Origin: Acidimicrobiaceae bacterium
GTDB lineage: Bacteria; Actinomycetota; Acidimicrobiia; Acidimicrobiales; JACDCH01
Assembly (NCBI GenBank): GCA_041166745.1
Contig: JBEEGH010000006.1
Location: forward strand, 34,033-98,032
DNA: 64,000 nucleotides
Reading direction: 5' to 3'
The notes under the pieces were generated by a model. It was not told the DNA's origin, did not search any database, and saw only the letters and a list, made by a program, of their open reading frames with translations. Of this stretch, positions 53,535-62,214 are shown in pieces. Positions within the stretch are counted from its first letter, which is position 1. Every line of letters begins with the position of its first letter. Both the position numbers and the translations under genes were made by a program.

Positions 53535-54329
53535 TCATTGGATGACGCCGAAGGCGGGGCCCTCCGGTCCACCACCGTCGATCGTCGGCTGCTCGGCAAT
53601 GCCGCTGCCGAAGCGCGTGGCCGGACCGGTCGGGCCGCCACCGTCGATCGTCGGCTGCGTCACCCGGTCGAGGGGGACGTGTACCGCTGGCCCGGACGGA
53701 CCGTCGCCATCGGGGTTGGGATACTCCCCGGTCGGCGGGCAGTTGGGCGTGCAGTCCTCGGGCGGCTCGCCGTCCTTGTCGGCCTTCGAGCTGTCGATCT
53801 TGTCGTTGGTGTCACTGCCGCTCTTGGACGTGTCGTTGATCGTCTTGTCGGTCGGCGTCTCCTCCTTCGGCGGAGGCGGCGTCGTGTCCTTCGACTTGTC
53901 CGGGAACGGGATGATGCCGGGGTCCAGAGGGACGCCGCCGGGAACGCCACCGTCGACCGGTCCGCTCGGCGATCCGGGTTGGGGAGCGCTGTGTATTGCC
54001 TCGACGGCGCTCTTGACGCCGTCCTTCACGAGGTCCTTGCCCACCTGGATCACGATCTCGACCGCGGCCTCGCCCAGCGACACCGCGCCGCTGAACACGC
54101 CGCCGAGCAGCCCGAGAGCCGGGAGCGGAACGGTGCCCTCGCTCTTGACCGGGTTGTCGCTGTGCCCCGGCCCCTGGATGTAGCCGTCGCCAAAATTGAC
54201 GAACGACCCGGCTTCTTCATCGGTGAAGTGCACGTGCGCCACGCCCTGGGCTGACGCCGCGCTCGCACCGAGCCCGAGCGTCATACCGGTGAGCACGACA
54301 CCGCCTACCAACTTCTTCTTGAAGCTCAT
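53535..54329 (-). CDS. Secreted protein of unknown function with Pro/Gly/Asp-rich region and C-terminal QPTIDGGGP repeats
   Basis: GAGGAG RBS and signal KKKLVGGVVLTGMTLGLGASAASAQG. The repeat QPTIDGGGP(T/E)GPA occurs twice. Confidence 0.65.
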   Translation of the reverse strand: MSFKKKLVGGVVLTGMTLGLGASAASAQGVAHVHFTDEEAGSFVNFGDGYIQGPGHSDNPVKSEGTVPLPALGLLGGVFSGAVSLGEAAVEIVIQVGKDLVKDGVKSAVEAIHSAPQPGSPSGPVDGGVPGGVPLDPGIIPFPDKSKDTTPPPPKEETPTDKTINDTSKSGSDTNDKIDSSKADKDGEPPEDCTPNCPPTGEYPNPDGDGPSGPAVHVPLDRVTQPTIDGGGPTGPATRFGSGIAEQPTIDGGGPEGPAFGVIQ

Positions 54330-54400
54330 CACGATCTCCTCTGGTGTGTGGATTGGTTGCGAGGAAGACCGCGCCGTGCACGCGAACTTTCAATTCCTTC

Positions 54401-54440
54401 GGCAAAACGCAAACGACGACGCGCCCCAGGCGCGTCGTCG
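54401..54440 (-). terminator. Intrinsic terminator after the 54461-54979 gene
   Basis: Minus strand CGACGACGCGCC-TGG-GGCGCGTCGTCG forms a 12-bp stem, followed by TTTGCGTTTTGCC. Confidence 0.6.
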
Positions 54441-54460
54441 CGTTGCTGTACTCCGTTGCG

Positions 54461-54979
54461 TCAGGATGGGGCGCGCGTCACCAGGAGCTTGAACGTGTCG
54501 CTGCGCTCGCCCTTGGCACCGATCGCCACGACTGTGTAGGTCTTCGGATCCGCGGTACTGCAGTCGAACGATCCCCGGTACGTGGCCATGTTGGCGTCGA
54601 CCGTGGAGGGTGCGTCGTCGGCCGGCGACTTCACGTCGACCTGCACGGCATTTTCCGTCTTCCAATGGATGAAGATGTCGACGATCGGCGACGCCGTGTT
54701 CGAGGGACACTGCACCGGATCGTTGGTGACCGACACGACCTTGGGCGCCGTGGTCTGCGGCGTCGTCGTTGTCGTGGTTCCCGGCGGACGGGTGGTGTTC
54801 GGTCGTGTGGTCGACGGCGCCGTTGTCGTCGTGGTCTGCGGTGCGGCCGACGCGGACGAGCTCGCGGTGGCGTTCACCTTTGTATCGTCGGAGCCCGACG
54901 CCAACAGCCAGATGATGAGCCCGATGAGCAGGGCGAGCACCACACCTCCGGCGATGATCACCTGTCGTCTTCGATCCAT
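54461..54979 (-). CDS. N-terminally anchored membrane protein with Thr/Pro-rich linker and Ig-like two-Cys domain (divergent paralogue P4)
   Basis: AGGAGG RBS, TM VIIAGGVVLALLIGLIIWLL, and a poly-Thr linker. C-terminal KVVSVTNDPVQC...TYTVVAIGAKGERS resembles the PVIS...C...YWV.A.D..G domain. Confidence 0.65.
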   Translation of the reverse strand: MDRRRQVIIAGGVVLALLIGLIIWLLASGSDDTKVNATASSSASAAPQTTTTTAPSTTRPNTTRPPGTTTTTTPQTTAPKVVSVTNDPVQCPSNTASPIVDIFIHWKTENAVQVDVKSPADDAPSTVDANMATYRGSFDCSTADPKTYTVVAIGAKGERSDTFKLLVTRAPS

Positions 54980-55045
54980 CACTGCCTCCTTGTTGTCGAG
55001 TCGATGCGAGGGAGATCGCGGCTCGACGCCCGACTTACGAAAAGC

Positions 55046-56767
55046 TCAGAAGAGACACGAGTGCGCGACGGTGATCGCGTGATGCGCACTCTCGACGACG
55101 TGTCCGCCAGGGTCGCTGGCGGTCACCCACCACTCCACCGTCTGGTCGCCCTTGAATGGACCCAGCGAGCCGACGTAGTCGTTGCCGGAGTCGTTGGGAG
55201 CCATCTGAGCGGATCCGTTCCCGTCGCCCGGCGACGACCAATGGAGTTGTACGGAGGGAATGCCGCTGCCGTCGCTGACGGACACATCGACGTCGGTGCG
55301 CTCGGGCAGGGACGGACTGGCGCAATCGGCGGCCGCCAACGAGTTGCTCCGTGCGGCTTCGCCGGAGATCACGGGCGGTCGGTCGACGAGCGCGGCGAGC
55401 GTCACGGTCGCGTGATCACCGCCCGCCGTCACGGTGACCAGTCCGGCGAGTGACTTCTCCGGTGCGGCAGCCCGATCGAGCGCGACCGTCACCTGCTGTT
55501 GCGCTCCCGGTTGGAGTGTCCCACTCGTCGGCGTCACCGAGAACCACAAGTCTGAGCTCGACGCCGACCAGGACAGCGCGCTCTGGCCCTTGTTCAGGAT
55601 CGTCATCGGAAGCTGCGTCGCGCTCGAACCGAAGTCGAGCCCGCGGGTGCTCAAGACCAGCCCCGCCGGGGTGGGATTGGTCGGGCCATTCGATGCCGTC
55701 GAAGCATTCGAGCTCGAACTGCTCGAGCCGTTCGACCCGGTCGACGCGGGATCACCCCGCGTCGTTGTTTGGGGGGCGCCGCTCGAACCGGAGCCCGTTG
55801 GCGTTTCGGTCCCGTCGGGCAGTCGGGTCGAGCCGGCCTGCAGCGAGCGCGGCGACGAGCTGTGAGAGACCAGCAAAGCGATGATGACCACCGCCACCGC
55901 GGCGGCGCTGATGCTGGCGACGAGCGCGCGCCGCGCGCTGAGCGCGCTGGGCGCGGGGAACCCGTCGGCGCCGGAGCGAATCGAACGGGCCCCACTCGTC
56001 GGCCGGGCCGATGGCGCCAACACGTGCTCGCGCACGATCGCAGGTGCGGCCAGGAAAGGAACGGCGCCGTACGCCGCGAGAGGGCTGACGAGCGTGCGCC
56101 GACGTTCACCACACGTCTCGCATGCTTCGACGTGACGCACGACGCGCTTGCGCAGCAGCGGTGAGAAGCGACCGTCCCAGCCGCGCAGGATCTCGCCGAG
56201 TTCTTCGCAGTCGCTGCGCCCATGACGGGCAACGAGCAGCGCGCCGACCGACCGCTCGATCTGCTCGCGCACACGGAACAACAGCACGTAGGCGTGCGAC
56301 GACGAGGTGCCGATGGCGTCGGCCAGCTCCTGGCCCTCGAGCCCGTGGCGCACGTTCAGCTCGAGGATCGACCGGTCGCGTTCGTTGAGACCCTCGGCCC
56401 CGCTCCAGACGAGCTCGCGCACTTCGTCGGCCGCGAGGCCCGTGTCGACGGCGCTGCCGGTGGCGGGGATCATCGTCAGGTCCTCGACCGGAGCGACCCG
56501 GGCACGTTTGCCGGACGTCCGCATCGCCTGATTCCGAGCGATGGCGTACAGCCAGGCTCGCAAGCGCTCGGGATCGCGCAGCTGACCGAGGCGCTGCGAG
56601 GCGAGCACGAACGTGTCTTGGGCGGCGTCGGCCGCGTCGGCGTCGTTGCGCAGCATCGAGCGGCAGAAGTCGTAGATGCGGTCGCCGTAGCGGTCGTAAA
56701 TCTGCGCGAACGCGCCCGAATCGCCCTGAAGGTACGCGCCCACGAGTTCGCCGTCGTCCGCCACCAC
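55046..56767 (-). CDS. ECF sigma factor fused to zf-HC2 anti-sigma domain, TM helix and extracytoplasmic sensor domains (paralogue P2)
   Basis: Sigma region 2 (DAAQDTFVLASQRL, RAWLYAIARNQA). Region 4 (LNERDRSILELNVRHGLEGQELADAIGTS). HxxxCxxC (HVEACETC). TM LVASISAAAVAVVIIALLV. BACON/Ig-like domain, then the PVIS...C...WWVTASDPGG...C domain. GTG 56767 chosen; start uncertain. Confidence 0.8.
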   Translation of the reverse strand: MVADDGELVGAYLQGDSGAFAQIYDRYGDRIYDFCRSMLRNDADAADAAQDTFVLASQRLGQLRDPERLRAWLYAIARNQAMRTSGKRARVAPVEDLTMIPATGSAVDTGLAADEVRELVWSGAEGLNERDRSILELNVRHGLEGQELADAIGTSSSHAYVLLFRVREQIERSVGALLVARHGRSDCEELGEILRGWDGRFSPLLRKRVVRHVEACETCGERRRTLVSPLAAYGAVPFLAAPAIVREHVLAPSARPTSGARSIRSGADGFPAPSALSARRALVASISAAAVAVVIIALLVSHSSSPRSLQAGSTRLPDGTETPTGSGSSGAPQTTTRGDPASTGSNGSSSSSSNASTASNGPTNPTPAGLVLSTRGLDFGSSATQLPMTILNKGQSALSWSASSSDLWFSVTPTSGTLQPGAQQQVTVALDRAAAPEKSLAGLVTVTAGGDHATVTLAALVDRPPVISGEAARSNSLAAADCASPSLPERTDVDVSVSDGSGIPSVQLHWSSPGDGNGSAQMAPNDSGNDYVGSLGPFKGDQTVEWWVTASDPGGHVVESAHHAITVAHSCLF

Positions 56768-56934
56768 GAAGGGATGATGCGCTCTTGCTTCCGGTATGTC
56801 ACGCGTCGAACCATCTCCTGTGTTCCGGTCGGTCGTTCGTGGTGATCCCGGTGCGGCGAAGGTCTTACGAAAAGTTGTAAGGACTTCGCCCCGCTCCGCT
56901 CTTTGGGTCTGTGAATCCCCGAACGGAGACCCCA

Positions 56935-57837
56935 ATGCACACCACCACTCACCAGCCCGCCATCCACACCAGCGGCCGACCCAGCCGCTTCGCCGTCGCC
57001 GTTGTCGTCTCGCTGGTAGCGCTCGCGGCGATCGTCGCCGGCGTGCTGGCGACGGCACACGAGCGCACGTCGACTACCCGCAGCGCGAGTGCACCGGCCG
57101 GCTCGGTGGCGCCGAGCGGCTCGACTGGCTCCACCGGCTCGACCGGCTCGAACGGCTCTTCCGGTTCCAACGGCACCGCCGGGACCGGCTCCCAAGGGCA
57201 GACCTCGAACAACAGCTCGTCGATGCCTCCGGCCCAGCCCGGCCAGCCGGCGTCCGTCGCTCCCGTGGCGATCGACCTCGGCGCGGGATACACCGATGCC
57301 TCGTTCCAGATCCGCAACAGCTGCGATGCCAAAGCCGACTTCACGGTCGACACCTTCGACGAGGCGATCGGCACGAAGTTCGTCACGGCGTCACCCGATC
57401 ACGGCTCGCTCGAGCGGTGCGCCGTGGTGGATGTCGGGCTGCACCTCGACCGTGCCCACAGCCAGAAGGGTGATTTCGCGGAGCCCACCAAGGTCCACCT
57501 CGGTTCGGCCACGCTGTTCGTCGTGGTGAAGGCGGTCGTCGATCGCAACCCGGTGATCAGCAACGTCTTCTTCGACAACAACGACCCGGCCAACTGTTCC
57601 TCGACCCAGCTGCTCGGCGCGGTCTCGGCCAACGTGGACGACCCGAAGGCGGCGGTGACCCTGTACTCCTCGGAGCCGACCGGAAAGCACTACACCCCGA
57701 TGACCCGCAACAAGGCGGGACAGTTCGTTGCCCTGCTCGGCCCGTTCCCCCCGAAGACGGTCGTGACCTACTGGATCTCGGCCGTCGACACCCGCGGCAG
57801 CAGCATGGTGACTCGGCAGTTCACCGCCAGCTGCTGA
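56935..57837 (+). CDS. N-terminally anchored membrane protein with Gly/Ser-rich linker and two domains paralogous to the sigma/anti-sigma ectodomain (P3)
   Basis: TM FAVAVVVSLVALAAIVAGVL. C-terminal DRNPVISNV...NC...LLGPFPPKTVVTYWISAVDTRGSS...SC. Divergent from the sigma fusion gene. Confidence 0.7.
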   Translation: MHTTTHQPAIHTSGRPSRFAVAVVVSLVALAAIVAGVLATAHERTSTTRSASAPAGSVAPSGSTGSTGSTGSNGSSGSNGTAGTGSQGQTSNNSSSMPPAQPGQPASVAPVAIDLGAGYTDASFQIRNSCDAKADFTVDTFDEAIGTKFVTASPDHGSLERCAVVDVGLHLDRAHSQKGDFAEPTKVHLGSATLFVVVKAVVDRNPVISNVFFDNNDPANCSSTQLLGAVSANVDDPKAAVTLYSSEPTGKHYTPMTRNKAGQFVALLGPFPPKTVVTYWISAVDTRGSSMVTRQFTASC

Positions 57838-57850
57838 ACCGTTGGTTCCG

Positions 57851-57884
57851 AAGAGCGCCTGCGCCCCGTGCGCAGGCGCTCTTT
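57851..57884. terminator. Bidirectional stem-loop between convergent genes
   Basis: AAGAGCGCCTGCGC-CCCGT-GCGCAGGCGCTCTT, with 14-bp perfect arms. Confidence 0.6.
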
Positions 57885-57921
57885 CGCGTCGGGGCTGTCC
57901 GTCAGCGCCGCGGAGACACGA

Positions 57922-58530
57922 TCAGCGCAACACGTGACCGGATCCGTTACACGACGTGCACGTGGGCCCGCCGAAGCCCGCGCACGTGACACACGTCGAG
58001 CGCCCAGACCCGCCACACATCGTGCACGACGTTCGTTGTCCACCCGGCCGGTTCATCGCGAAGGTGGTCTTTCCCCCCGATCCGCCACACGATGTGCATG
58101 CGACGCGGCGCATGCCGTTGCAGCGCAGGCAACGAGTTCGTCCTGTCCCCGTGCACGTCGGACAGCGCACGCGACTGGATGCGGCGCGACCGGAAGGCGG
58201 AAGGGGGAGCGGGGCAACAACCGGTGCGCCCGCTTGGGTGACGCGCAACGTGGTGCTGTTGGCGATCCTGACGACGTCGTTCGCTCCCACCCACACCGCC
58301 CCATCGATCCGGTGACCGTTGACGAACGTGCCGTTCGTGGAGCCCACGTCGTGGATGGCGACGCCGTCGGCAGACACGCTGAGGGCCGCGTGATGTCCGG
58401 AGACGTCGGGCTCCAACAATTGAATCGAATTGCCCGGCGCTCGACCGACCGTGACCGTGCCGTGCTGAAGCTCATACCGGGACTGCGCGCCACCCGCGTG
58501 TTCGACCACCAGGTGGAACTGATCGCCCAC
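57922..58530 (-). CDS. FHA-domain protein fused to a DnaJ-type cysteine-rich zinc-finger array
   Basis: FHA: TVGRAPGNSIQLLEPDVSGHHAAL...GSTNGTFVNG. C-terminus has six CxxCxGxG motifs (CPTCTGTG, CLRCNGMR, CTSCGGSG, CTMCGGSG, CVTCAGFG, CTSCNGSG). GTG 58530 follows AAGGGGGGTGG. Confidence 0.75.
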   Translation of the reverse strand: MGDQFHLVVEHAGGAQSRYELQHGTVTVGRAPGNSIQLLEPDVSGHHAALSVSADGVAIHDVGSTNGTFVNGHRIDGAVWVGANDVVRIANSTTLRVTQAGAPVVAPLPLPPSGRAASSRVRCPTCTGTGRTRCLRCNGMRRVACTSCGGSGGKTTFAMNRPGGQRTSCTMCGGSGRSTCVTCAGFGGPTCTSCNGSGHVLR

Positions 58531-58669
58531 TGTCCACCCCCCTTGCTGCGACTCCCGCCGGCGCGATCGTATGCTCTGCGTGGCGCGAGGCTCCGTTCGG
58601 CCGAGGGGTGTCGACGTCGAGTCGAAGACTTGAATTCCCGTGTGCGCTGCTTCGGTCGGGAGGCTGACA

Positions 58670-58846
58670 ATGCTCGAGATGCGCCCCGCATGTGAACGGT
58701 GTTCCGTCGAGCTCCCCGCCACGGCATCCGACGCGCGGATCTGTAGCTACGAGTGCACGTTCTGCGCGTCCTGTGCGGCCGAGATGAACGGTCGCTGCCC
58801 GAACTGCTCCGGCGAGCTGGTCCGCCGACCGACCCGAGTGGCGTGA
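58670..58846 (+). CDS. DUF1272 zinc-ribbon protein
   Basis: MLEMRPACERCSVELPATASDARICSYECTFCASCAAEMNGRCPNCSGELVRRP matches my recollection of the DUF1272 pattern. GGGAGG RBS. Confidence 0.75.
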   Translation: MLEMRPACERCSVELPATASDARICSYECTFCASCAAEMNGRCPNCSGELVRRPTRVA

Positions 58847-59808
58847 GCAAGGACACTGACGGCGGATCCCGCGAGGGCGTGCCGCTGACGAACCTCGATC
58901 AGCCGTTGTTCGACGGCGCCGGAGCGACGAAACGTGATCTCGTCGACTACCTCGACGCCGTGTCCGACCGAATCCTGCCCGTGCTCCGCGACCGTCCGCT
59001 CTCGGTGATCCGGGTGCATCGAGGTCAAGAAGCGTTCATGCAGAAGAACGTGCCGAAATACACACCCGACTTCGTGCGCACCGTCACGTTCTGGGCGGAA
59101 ACGTCGAAGCGCGATGTCTCGTACGCGCTGTGCAACGACCGACGGACACTGTTGTGGTTCGCGAACCAGCGCGCCATCGAGTACCACCCGACGCTGGTGT
59201 GCGCGGATCCTCCGGATCGAGCAACGCACCTCGTGCTCGACCTCGATCCGCCCGCCGACGCGGCGTTCGACGTCGTGGTGCGCGTCGCTCACCTCGTGCG
59301 GCAGGTCCTCGCCGATGTCGGGCTCGAAGGCGCGGTGAAGACGAGCGGTGCGAAGGGCGTCCACGTGTACGTTCCGATCGACGACGAGGCCACGCTCGAA
59401 GACGCGGCTGCGGCCACGCGCGCGATCGGGTCGCGGGCCGTCGCGCTGGATCCGAGCATTGCAACGTCGGCGTTCATGAAGGAAGACCGCGAGGCCAAGG
59501 TGTTCGTCGACACCACGCGCGTCGGAGGCGCCACGGTCGTCGCTGCGTACAGCCCGCGCGTACGGCCGGGTGTGCCGGTGTCGTTCCCCGTGGCCTGGGA
59601 CGACCTCGACGACGTCGCACCGGCAGACTTCACGGTGCACAACGCGCTGTCCCTGCTCGGCGACTCCGACCCTTGGGCCGAGCACATGCCCGCCGCGCAG
59701 CACCTGTCGGAGGCGCTGCTGGACGAGGGCCGCGCCATCCCGATCGCTCGGGTGCAGGCGATGCACGAGGGCAAGCGTCGCAAACGCGCCCGCAAGGCGT
59801 CGTCCTGA
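58843..59808 (+). CDS. LigD-type NHEJ polymerase/primase domain protein (stand-alone PolDom)
   Basis: LTNLDQPLF..TKRDLVDYL, VLDLDP and SGAKGVHVYVPI are archaeo-eukaryotic primase motifs of LigD Pol. GTG 58843 overlaps the DUF1272 stop (GTGA). Confidence 0.85.
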   Translation: MSKDTDGGSREGVPLTNLDQPLFDGAGATKRDLVDYLDAVSDRILPVLRDRPLSVIRVHRGQEAFMQKNVPKYTPDFVRTVTFWAETSKRDVSYALCNDRRTLLWFANQRAIEYHPTLVCADPPDRATHLVLDLDPPADAAFDVVVRVAHLVRQVLADVGLEGAVKTSGAKGVHVYVPIDDEATLEDAAAATRAIGSRAVALDPSIATSAFMKEDREAKVFVDTTRVGGATVVAAYSPRVRPGVPVSFPVAWDDLDDVAPADFTVHNALSLLGDSDPWAEHMPAAQHLSEALLDEGRAIPIARVQAMHEGKRRKRARKASS

Positions 59809-59834
59809 GCGCTCACGCGATCGGGCGCAGCAGT

Positions 59835-60677
59835 TCAGGCGCGAGCGGTGACGATCCAGACGGCGCGGCTGAGGTGAACGACACCATCACGCGATGACCG
59901 GGCGAGAGCATCCCGGACACGGTCAGCGGCCGCCGCCCGCACCTCATCGCTCGCGTTCATCAGCGCTCGAGCCGCTGGTCCCTGTCGCAGGCTGAACTCC
60001 ACTCGTTGGTCGAGGTTCTCGACGATCTCGTCGCGATACGCCCGCACGTCAACGTCTCGCCATCCGCCCGCGGCGAGGACTCGCCGGACGCGATCGGAAT
60101 CAGCGAACGCGAACGGTCCGGGCTCGTCGGGACCGAGCGGAGGCGGCACTTCCAGGTCGGGCAGCCCCGAGAGCGCTATGAGCGGCGCCAGAAACCACGG
60201 GTTGTCTTCTGGCTTCTGCCAACACACGAACGCGAGCCGACCGGCGGGTGAGGTAGCGCCGTGCAGATTCGCAAACGCGGCGTCCGGGTCGGCGAAGAAC
60301 ATGACACCGAACCGCGAGAACACGGCGTCGAATGGAGACCCGGGCGGGATCGTCGTTTGCGCGTCAGCCTCGACGAAGCTCACGTTGTCGACTCCGGCCG
60401 CGCGTTCACGCGCGAGGGCGAGCAAGGGGGCCGAGATGTCGAGACCAACGACCCGACCGGCGGGACCGACATGCTCCGCCACGATCAAGCTGGTGGTGCC
60501 GGGCCCGCATCCGACGTCGAGCACCGACTCGCCCGGTGTCGCCGCCAGCGCCTCGAGCCCCGCGGTGCCGAGTGCTTGCAGCTCGCGATCTTGAGCATCG
60601 GCATTGCTCGCCCACGCCTCCCCGGCCGGGCCGTTCCAGAAGGCGATCATCTGCTCGTTCTGCGTCACGGCCGACAA
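59835..60677 (-). CDS. Class I SAM-dependent methyltransferase
   Basis: Motif I VLDVGCGPGTTS, followed by VVGLDIS. Confidence 0.85.
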   Translation of the reverse strand: MSAVTQNEQMIAFWNGPAGEAWASNADAQDRELQALGTAGLEALAATPGESVLDVGCGPGTTSLIVAEHVGPAGRVVGLDISAPLLALARERAAGVDNVSFVEADAQTTIPPGSPFDAVFSRFGVMFFADPDAAFANLHGATSPAGRLAFVCWQKPEDNPWFLAPLIALSGLPDLEVPPPLGPDEPGPFAFADSDRVRRVLAAGGWRDVDVRAYRDEIVENLDQRVEFSLRQGPAARALMNASDEVRAAAADRVRDALARSSRDGVVHLSRAVWIVTARA

Positions 60678-60783
60678 CCTACGACGAGTGACCGTTGACG
60701 ACGGCGCTGCAGATGCCGGTGGCGTTCGTGCGGTGTGTCAATGCGCTGAGCGCCCTCCGGGTGACCGCGCGAACCTGTCGAGC

Positions 60784-61158
60784 ATGGAGTTCGACACGTT
60801 CAACACCGACACGTTTCGTGACGAGCTGGCGTCGGCTCCGGGCAACCAAGCCATCGGGACCTCCGTGTTGTTCGAGAACGATCGCGTGCGCGTCTGGGAC
60901 CTCACTGTCGAACCAGGGGATCGGCTGCCGTTCCATTGCCACACGACCAGCTACTTCTTCACGTGCGTCGAGGGCGGTCGCATGATCAACCGCTTCGCCG
61001 ACGGCAACCAGGTGACGCTCGACGTGGACGACGGCTTCACGTGGTTCACCGACATCGGCGACGAGCCCGAGATCCACGATCTCGAGAACGTCGGATCGGC
61101 CCGCGTCCGCTTCGTGACCGTCGAGTTGCTCGCCGGTCAGGGCATGGGAGACAGCTGA
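60784..61158 (+). CDS. Cupin-domain protein
   Basis: PGDRLPFHCHTTSYFFTCVEGG...EIHDLENVG cupin motifs. Confidence 0.7.
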   Translation: MEFDTFNTDTFRDELASAPGNQAIGTSVLFENDRVRVWDLTVEPGDRLPFHCHTTSYFFTCVEGGRMINRFADGNQVTLDVDDGFTWFTDIGDEPEIHDLENVGSARVRFVTVELLAGQGMGDS

Positions 61159-61289
61159 CGGTCATACGCACCTTCACGATGGTGCTTCCCCGAGGTCGAC
61201 GATTGGTTGCCGCACGGAAACCGGTTCGCGTTCGTGCATCTCGGTCGGTGAGACTGCATCACGATGCGGGGCGGGGACGGGAGGAGTCG

Positions 61290-62120
61290 GTGGCGAACAC
61301 CGTGTCGCTGATCGTCACCGATCTCGACGGCACGCTCTGGGAACACGAGTCCACGATTGCGGCGCGCACGTTGGCGGCGCTCGCTCAGCTCGCGACTGCG
61401 GACGTGGCCGTGCTCGTCGCCACCGGTCGCCGAGTCCGCTCGACGCGCACACCGTTGGCGGCGTTCGGATGGACACCGCCCGCCGTCGTCCTCAATGGCT
61501 CACTTGGCCTCGATCTCGGCTCAGGGCATCGGTTCCACCGTGGCGGGTTCAGCCGAACCGACGCCGAGGCGGTCCTCGAGTGCTTCTTCGCCCACAGCAT
61601 CCATCCCGTTGTCTACGTCGATCACGAGGATCGCCCGGTCTGGGTCACCACGACACCGTCGACGCACCCGGATCACCTCGCCGACTTCGGCAACGACGTC
61701 GGAGTCGGTGAGCTCGACCGGATCATCGAGACGGAGGACGTCCTCGCGTTCAGTGTTCTCGGCCTTCCGCAAGACATCGCGGAAAAGCTCGGCCGCGAAC
61801 TCGCCCCGATTGCGTCACCGCACGTGGACCGCGACCGGAACTATGGCGGCTACTCGGTCACCGTCGCGCCGAGCGCGCAGTCCAAGTGGGACGGGGTCCT
61901 GGCCTTCTGCTCCTCTCGTGGCCTCGACCCCCACGCCGTGCTGGCCATCGGCGACGGACCGAACGACGTCGACCTGCTCGCCAACGCCGCCGTCGCCGTC
62001 GTGCCCGACGACGCCCATCCCGCGGCGCGAGCGCACGCGCAGCACATCGTTGGGCGCGCCGCGGACGGGGGATGGGCGGACATCCTCGATCTCCTCGACC
62101 TCGTCGGGCGACACCGTTGA
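61290..62120 (+). CDS. HAD-IIB (Cof-type) hydrolase
   Basis: LIVTDLDGTLW motif I and AIGDGPNDVDLL motif IV. GTG 61290 follows GGGAGGAG. Confidence 0.8.
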   Translation: MANTVSLIVTDLDGTLWEHESTIAARTLAALAQLATADVAVLVATGRRVRSTRTPLAAFGWTPPAVVLNGSLGLDLGSGHRFHRGGFSRTDAEAVLECFFAHSIHPVVYVDHEDRPVWVTTTPSTHPDHLADFGNDVGVGELDRIIETEDVLAFSVLGLPQDIAEKLGRELAPIASPHVDRDRNYGGYSVTVAPSAQSKWDGVLAFCSSRGLDPHAVLAIGDGPNDVDLLANAAVAVVPDDAHPAARAHAQHIVGRAADGGWADILDLLDLVGRHR

Positions 62121-62214
62121 TCCGAACTCATTTCCGATCGCCGCGCATGCGCCCGACAGGAGGCGATGCGCGCCATCCTCGAGAAGCGCGCCCCCGAGTT
62201 CCGCGGGCGTTGAC

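Noticed and set aside
57100-57190. Short tandem nucleotide repeats (GGCTCGACYGGCTC units) and poly-Thr coding repeats at 54740-54860 considered as CRISPR or VNTR
   Set aside because: They are in-frame low-complexity linkers (GSTGSTGSTGSNGSSGSNG and TTTTTAPSTTRPNTTRPPGTTTTTT) with no spacer-repeat periodicity. No CRISPR array is present in the window.
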